64,000 nucleotides of DNA. Origin: Paramecium tetraurelia (Eukaryota). The stretch spans positions 1 through 64,000 of the forward strand of contig CT868016.1 in the NCBI GenBank assembly GCA_000165425.1. Direction: 5' to 3'. The translations under genes were made by a program, and so were the position numbers. Position 1 is the first letter of the stretch. Every line of letters starts with the position of its first letter. Below, piece after piece: positions 59,641 to 64,000 of the stretch. Below the pieces are notes generated by a model. That model saw only the letters and a list, made by a program, of their open reading frames with translations, did no database searches and was not told where the DNA came from.

Positions 59641-61533
59641 TCAAATATAACTTACAACTTGATCACTCTTTTTTCGCAATCCAAAAGAGGAACAACTTAA
59701 AATAAATAAATAATGATACTTTTTTCTATTTGATGATTTGGCTGTGTGTATTCTTTGAGGTAGTTAGAGGTGAGAGAATATATCTTCATTTTCAACTTGT
59801 CTACTTTATAATGTGTTTTGACTCATTGCTCCACTCATTTTTCTTCTTAATTTAGCCTTTAGTTATCTACTCTATGGATTCCAGGATCTTTAGATTAGAG
59901 GAATAGTGTTGGTTGAGGAAGTGATAAAGGTAGGAGAAGTCTAATGAGGCTCTGATGAGGTGATTTGGAGTATGGTTTCAAGAGATGAAAACCTCTACAT
60001 TTTCTTAGATTTGACATTGAGTGCACTCTAAACTCTACTAGTTAAAATTTAATTATCATCTAGATGAGTAGTTTTAACTCTCTACTTCTTTTCAGCACCA
60101 GTCCAAATCTTTCTGGATACTCTGTCTCTGATTTACTCAATGAGATTTGTGTCAACCATCAGAAATTAAGTTTTAGCATCAGTAGGCAATTTCTTCTAAT
60201 GATATAACATATTCTAATGGGCAATTTCAGTCTGTAATAGTATTTTAGGTTTTTATGATCTAATATCATTCTTATCTGGTCTATCATGTGGATCTTTGAA
60301 TATCTCCTACACAGTTTTTCTTTCAGTAATCATCAACTATGGTTATTCTTTTTATTAATTTTCATGTTAAGACAGTATTGAAATGATGTTATTTTATCTA
60401 ATATTCATATAATCAGATATTAGAGAACTCTTGTCTTTCAGTAATTTCACTATTTCTGGAAAGTTCTTTTTCAGATTATTGAACTCACTTGCTTCCATAA
60501 AATAGGCTGTTGTATTATCTAAGACTTAACAAGAATACAATCGATAAGGAAGAGAATCAATTATCTCTTCTTAACCGACGAATGAGTTATCTGATAATTA
60601 ACTTAAGATGATCTTCTTCTTCTTTCTACTGACAGATTGAGTAATCATTTCTTCTGCAATATACTTATATAATTGCACTCTACCCTTCAAAATCAAAAAA
60701 TAGAATTTAGGTTCATCTCCCTCCTTCCATAATATTTCTTATGCTGAGAATTGAATAGTTCTTAGATTCTATATAAACTTAGTGACAGTAAATTTGCTAG
60801 CTCCATTAAATAATTTCATAAAATAATCAACATTTGCATTCTATTCCTGAATCTGTTTCTCACAAACTTATTTATAATCATGTTTATTCATTGATATCAA
60901 ATGCGCCTCCTCTGATACTACTATAATGCTTGCCGATCTTGGTTGATCATATATTAGTGCTTAATCACCAAAACATTATCCTGAATAGTATTGCCACACT
61001 TTTTTAAACAATGGAACTCCATTATTATAGTACATCGTATTATCCATTAGCATTCTCAAGGCTAATTCATATTTGTTTAGTTAATTTAATAGAACAGTTT
61101 TCTTTTTCTTTTAAGCATTACTTATAACAATATTAGTCTCACTACATTACTATGTCGATAACTCTAAATCCTTCTAAACATCTTCATTCGATCGTTTCAT
61201 GTATACACCCACATCACCATTCAGTAACAAATAAACTCTATCTCCATACTCTCCTTAATTCATTATTGTTTGGCCAAAACTGTAATATTCATATTTGAAA
61301 TATTAGGCTGCATACATAGCAAAATCTCTAACCTTCATACTATTTTCACATTATTTCTGTATGAAATCTATTGATGACAAAGAATCAGCCACTTATTCTG
61401 CTTAAGCTACTGTATGTAATTAAGTATACATTCTATATACTTATAGTGCTGGTTGTAAATTGATTTCATTCTGTTTACGAATCAAATCATGATCTGGCTG
61501 TTATTCTTAGATGATTGATCTTTTAATTTTCAT
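59641..61533 (-). CDS. Cyclic-nucleotide-binding domain protein (two cNMP-type domains plus low-complexity tail)
   Basis: GQTIMNQGEYGDRVYLLLNGDVGVY; GQCFGDQALIYDQPRSASI; second domain EGDEPKFYFLILKGRV..FVGQEE. Confidence 0.88.
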
Positions 61534-61850
61534 TTAATTGTTAATTTTCCTTTTTTATTTATAAAATTCACACACTTTTTTTTTATATTAAGACATTTCA
61601 GGAATTCCAAAAAAACCCCTTGAATTTATGAACACATCATGCTCCCCTTAGATTAAGGTAATTCAAATTGTTTGATTAAGAATATATATTATATTTATCT
61701 ATACATTATGTTAGTACATCAGATAAGATTTAAAAGTTTGGATAAGACAAAGGATTCAAAATGTATTGATTGTATAATATAGTAAATTTATAAATTAAAA
61801 CGCAGTAAATATGAAAGTCATTGAATAAATAAAACCTTCAAAATAAGAAA

Positions 61851-63156
61851 TCAATATTTAGTGTAAGGCTCTTTATTAATTACAATTCTTGGTGCCGCGA
61901 CTCTAGGTTCAACGGGTGGTTTTTTGCCTTGTTGAGTTGGCAGTTGGGGTCTTTTAGGGACTACGGGTTTTTGAGCTGATTGAGGGCGAATTTATTATTG
62001 TTGTATTTTTTGATTGCCTTTTGGAGAATTGATGGGTAGAGGTTTGGGTGCTATAATGGATTAAGCTTTGGCAGGATTTTGTTATGGTTATTAAGGGATT
62101 TGTTTGATTTTAGGATCCTATTCTTTATTGGCAATTTCTTCTTTAACTTTTCGAATAGCATCTACTTGATCATTTTCTTATCGTTTTTTTTCTGGTTTTG
62201 TCCAATCGTAAATGTAATCCAACTAAAGGTTCTATCTTTGTAGTGCTTATTTGAAGAGATTCCTCAAATAATTATAATCTGGTTTTTCTTCGAACTTTAA
62301 TTTCTTAACATAATTTAAGTACTAAGTCATTTCTTCAGGTAATCCTGAGCAGAGTTGTTCGGTGGTAGTTTTAATTTTCTTTTCTTTGATTAAGACGTAT
62401 TTGTCATTTTTATTATTGCATGCAAGATTCATCCAGGGTAGAGTACCTTTAGCTAGATAAACAAGAACGTAAGCCAAGCCTTCGAGATCGTCTCTTCTAC
62501 TTTGTTCATATCCCAAATGAGTATTGATACTAGCGTAACGAGCAGTTCCAGTGAGTGGTTTGTTTTCTTTGAATGGGATATGACCATCTTTAGTTAAATA
62601 TCTTTTGGCCAAACCCATGTCTACCACATAGAGTTTGGACTGCTTTTTACCAATACCCATGAGGAAGTTGTCAGGTTTGACATCACGATGTATGAAGGAT
62701 CGTGAATGCATGAGTTCAAGTCTTGACACCATTTGTTCTGCAAGCATGCATACCTGAATTAATATGGATGTTACTGTTTTAATGGATAATTTGCGATGAC
62801 ATTAAGCAAACAAATCTTCAATTGAGGATCCCAATAGCTCCATGACCAAGTAATTGTAATCTCCTTCAGTTGCTGCTCCGAATACTTTTGGAATGCCTTA
62901 GAATTTGGATTTAGTCGGTACCTTTATCGAGTTGTTGTGTATCTTAATGAAGGAATGCATAAACTTTGGCTTCATATAGTATTTGAGGATATTGGCAATT
63001 GGTTCTTTCCAATTTGATAGCAAATTCCTCTTTCTGCTTATTTTAGGCTAGATAGATCTCTCCAAAAGCACCCATTCCCAGACGTTGGATGAGTTTGTAA
63101 TTTTATTGTTATAAGTAAGTATTTGATAAGTTTCGGTTGCCCAATGGATTATCCAT
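61851..63156 (-). CDS. Casein kinase 1 family protein with Pro/Gln-rich tail
   Basis: [71 protein letters not shown]; two introns. Confidence 0.95.
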
Positions 63157-63174
63157 TATTAATTTACGTTTTTA

Positions 63175-63951
63175 ATGAGAATATTGATTGTAATAATTAT
63201 ATCAGTTACTCTAAGTGCATTCTAAGCCAGTTAGAATAATATTCAGGATTCTCAGAGGACTGATTTTGTAGAAAGAGTGGTAATAAATGAGATTAAATAG
63301 GACGTAGTTGATTAATTGGATCTGAATTCGTAAACTCCATTTGTAGATTAGATCAATGCATAAGTGGAATCATTGTTGAAAGTCAATGAAATGCAATAGA
63401 ACCATTCTGAAGATCCCTCACAATATCCCATCAAACAAGAATTCATACATTCAGTGTAATATTGGCTAGACAAATTAGATAATGATTAGCTCTCCTAAGA
63501 CTCATCAACCTAAAATGATATCAATAACCTCTAATAAGTCCAAGAACAACTAATAAATCAACCTGATTAGTCTACTCATCTTAGCAGATTGGCTAAATAT
63601 ATATAAATTCAATAAGTAGAGCAACAGTAGCAATCAGAAACACTCCCAAATAACCCCAATTCTAAAGTTGAGGAGACAAACCCTCTGAAATTGATGCTCC
63701 TCTATTCCGATAATCCCAAATAATACAACGATGAAATTGATTCACACCAAATCCTTATTACCAATGAACAAATTTTAGATCAACTGGAAAAAGAAAAACA
63801 AGATAAGATACTCAAAATGCAGAGTCTCATTATTGAACAACTCAAAGACAAAAAACCAGATCCTATTAAGGAGGAGAGTTTCTTAGAAAGGGATTACATT
63901 GAATGGGAAATGAAAACATTGACAAGTAACGACAATTTGAGGGCTAAATGA
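63175..63951 (+). CDS. Secreted acidic Gln/Asn-rich protein (258 aa), unknown function
   Basis: Signal-peptide-like MRILIVIIISVTLSA; open in code 6 to TGA 63949-63951; 3n. Confidence 0.78.
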
Positions 63952-64000
63952 ATATATTATTTAATAAATATATATATTGTGATTCATATTACCAATCAAA

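Overview
Macronuclear (somatic) scaffold of a Paramecium, probably an aurelia-group species such as P. tetraurelia. The evidence is very AT-rich DNA, TAA/TAG read as Gln with TGA the only stop, 22-35 nt GT..AG introns, and mixed CCCAAA/CCCCAA telomere repeats. The supplied standard-code ORF track therefore shows only fragments, so genes were re-read by hand with translation table 6. The left ~24 kb looks subtelomeric. It holds a ~2,490-aa cysteine-rich multi-pass surface protein gene and an internal telomere-addition site at ~11.2 kb, whose flanking 46 bp duplicate the end of the preceding contig. It also holds three paralogous zinc-motif/coiled-coil/WD40 genes, a MORN-variant repeat gene with one intron per repeat, a small secreted disulfide protein and decayed ORFs. 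The right ~40 kb is gene-dense: TBCD, a CHIP-like TPR/U-box ligase, an Sfi1-like repeat protein, a Neverland-type Rieske sterol desaturase, two RING-TRAF paralogs, PFKFB, LITAF, IQCA1/DRC11, an ABCC transporter, an ankyrin-AGC kinase, a cNMP-binding protein, casein kinase 1 and several orphans. All product calls come from motif recognition by eye; no searches were run.
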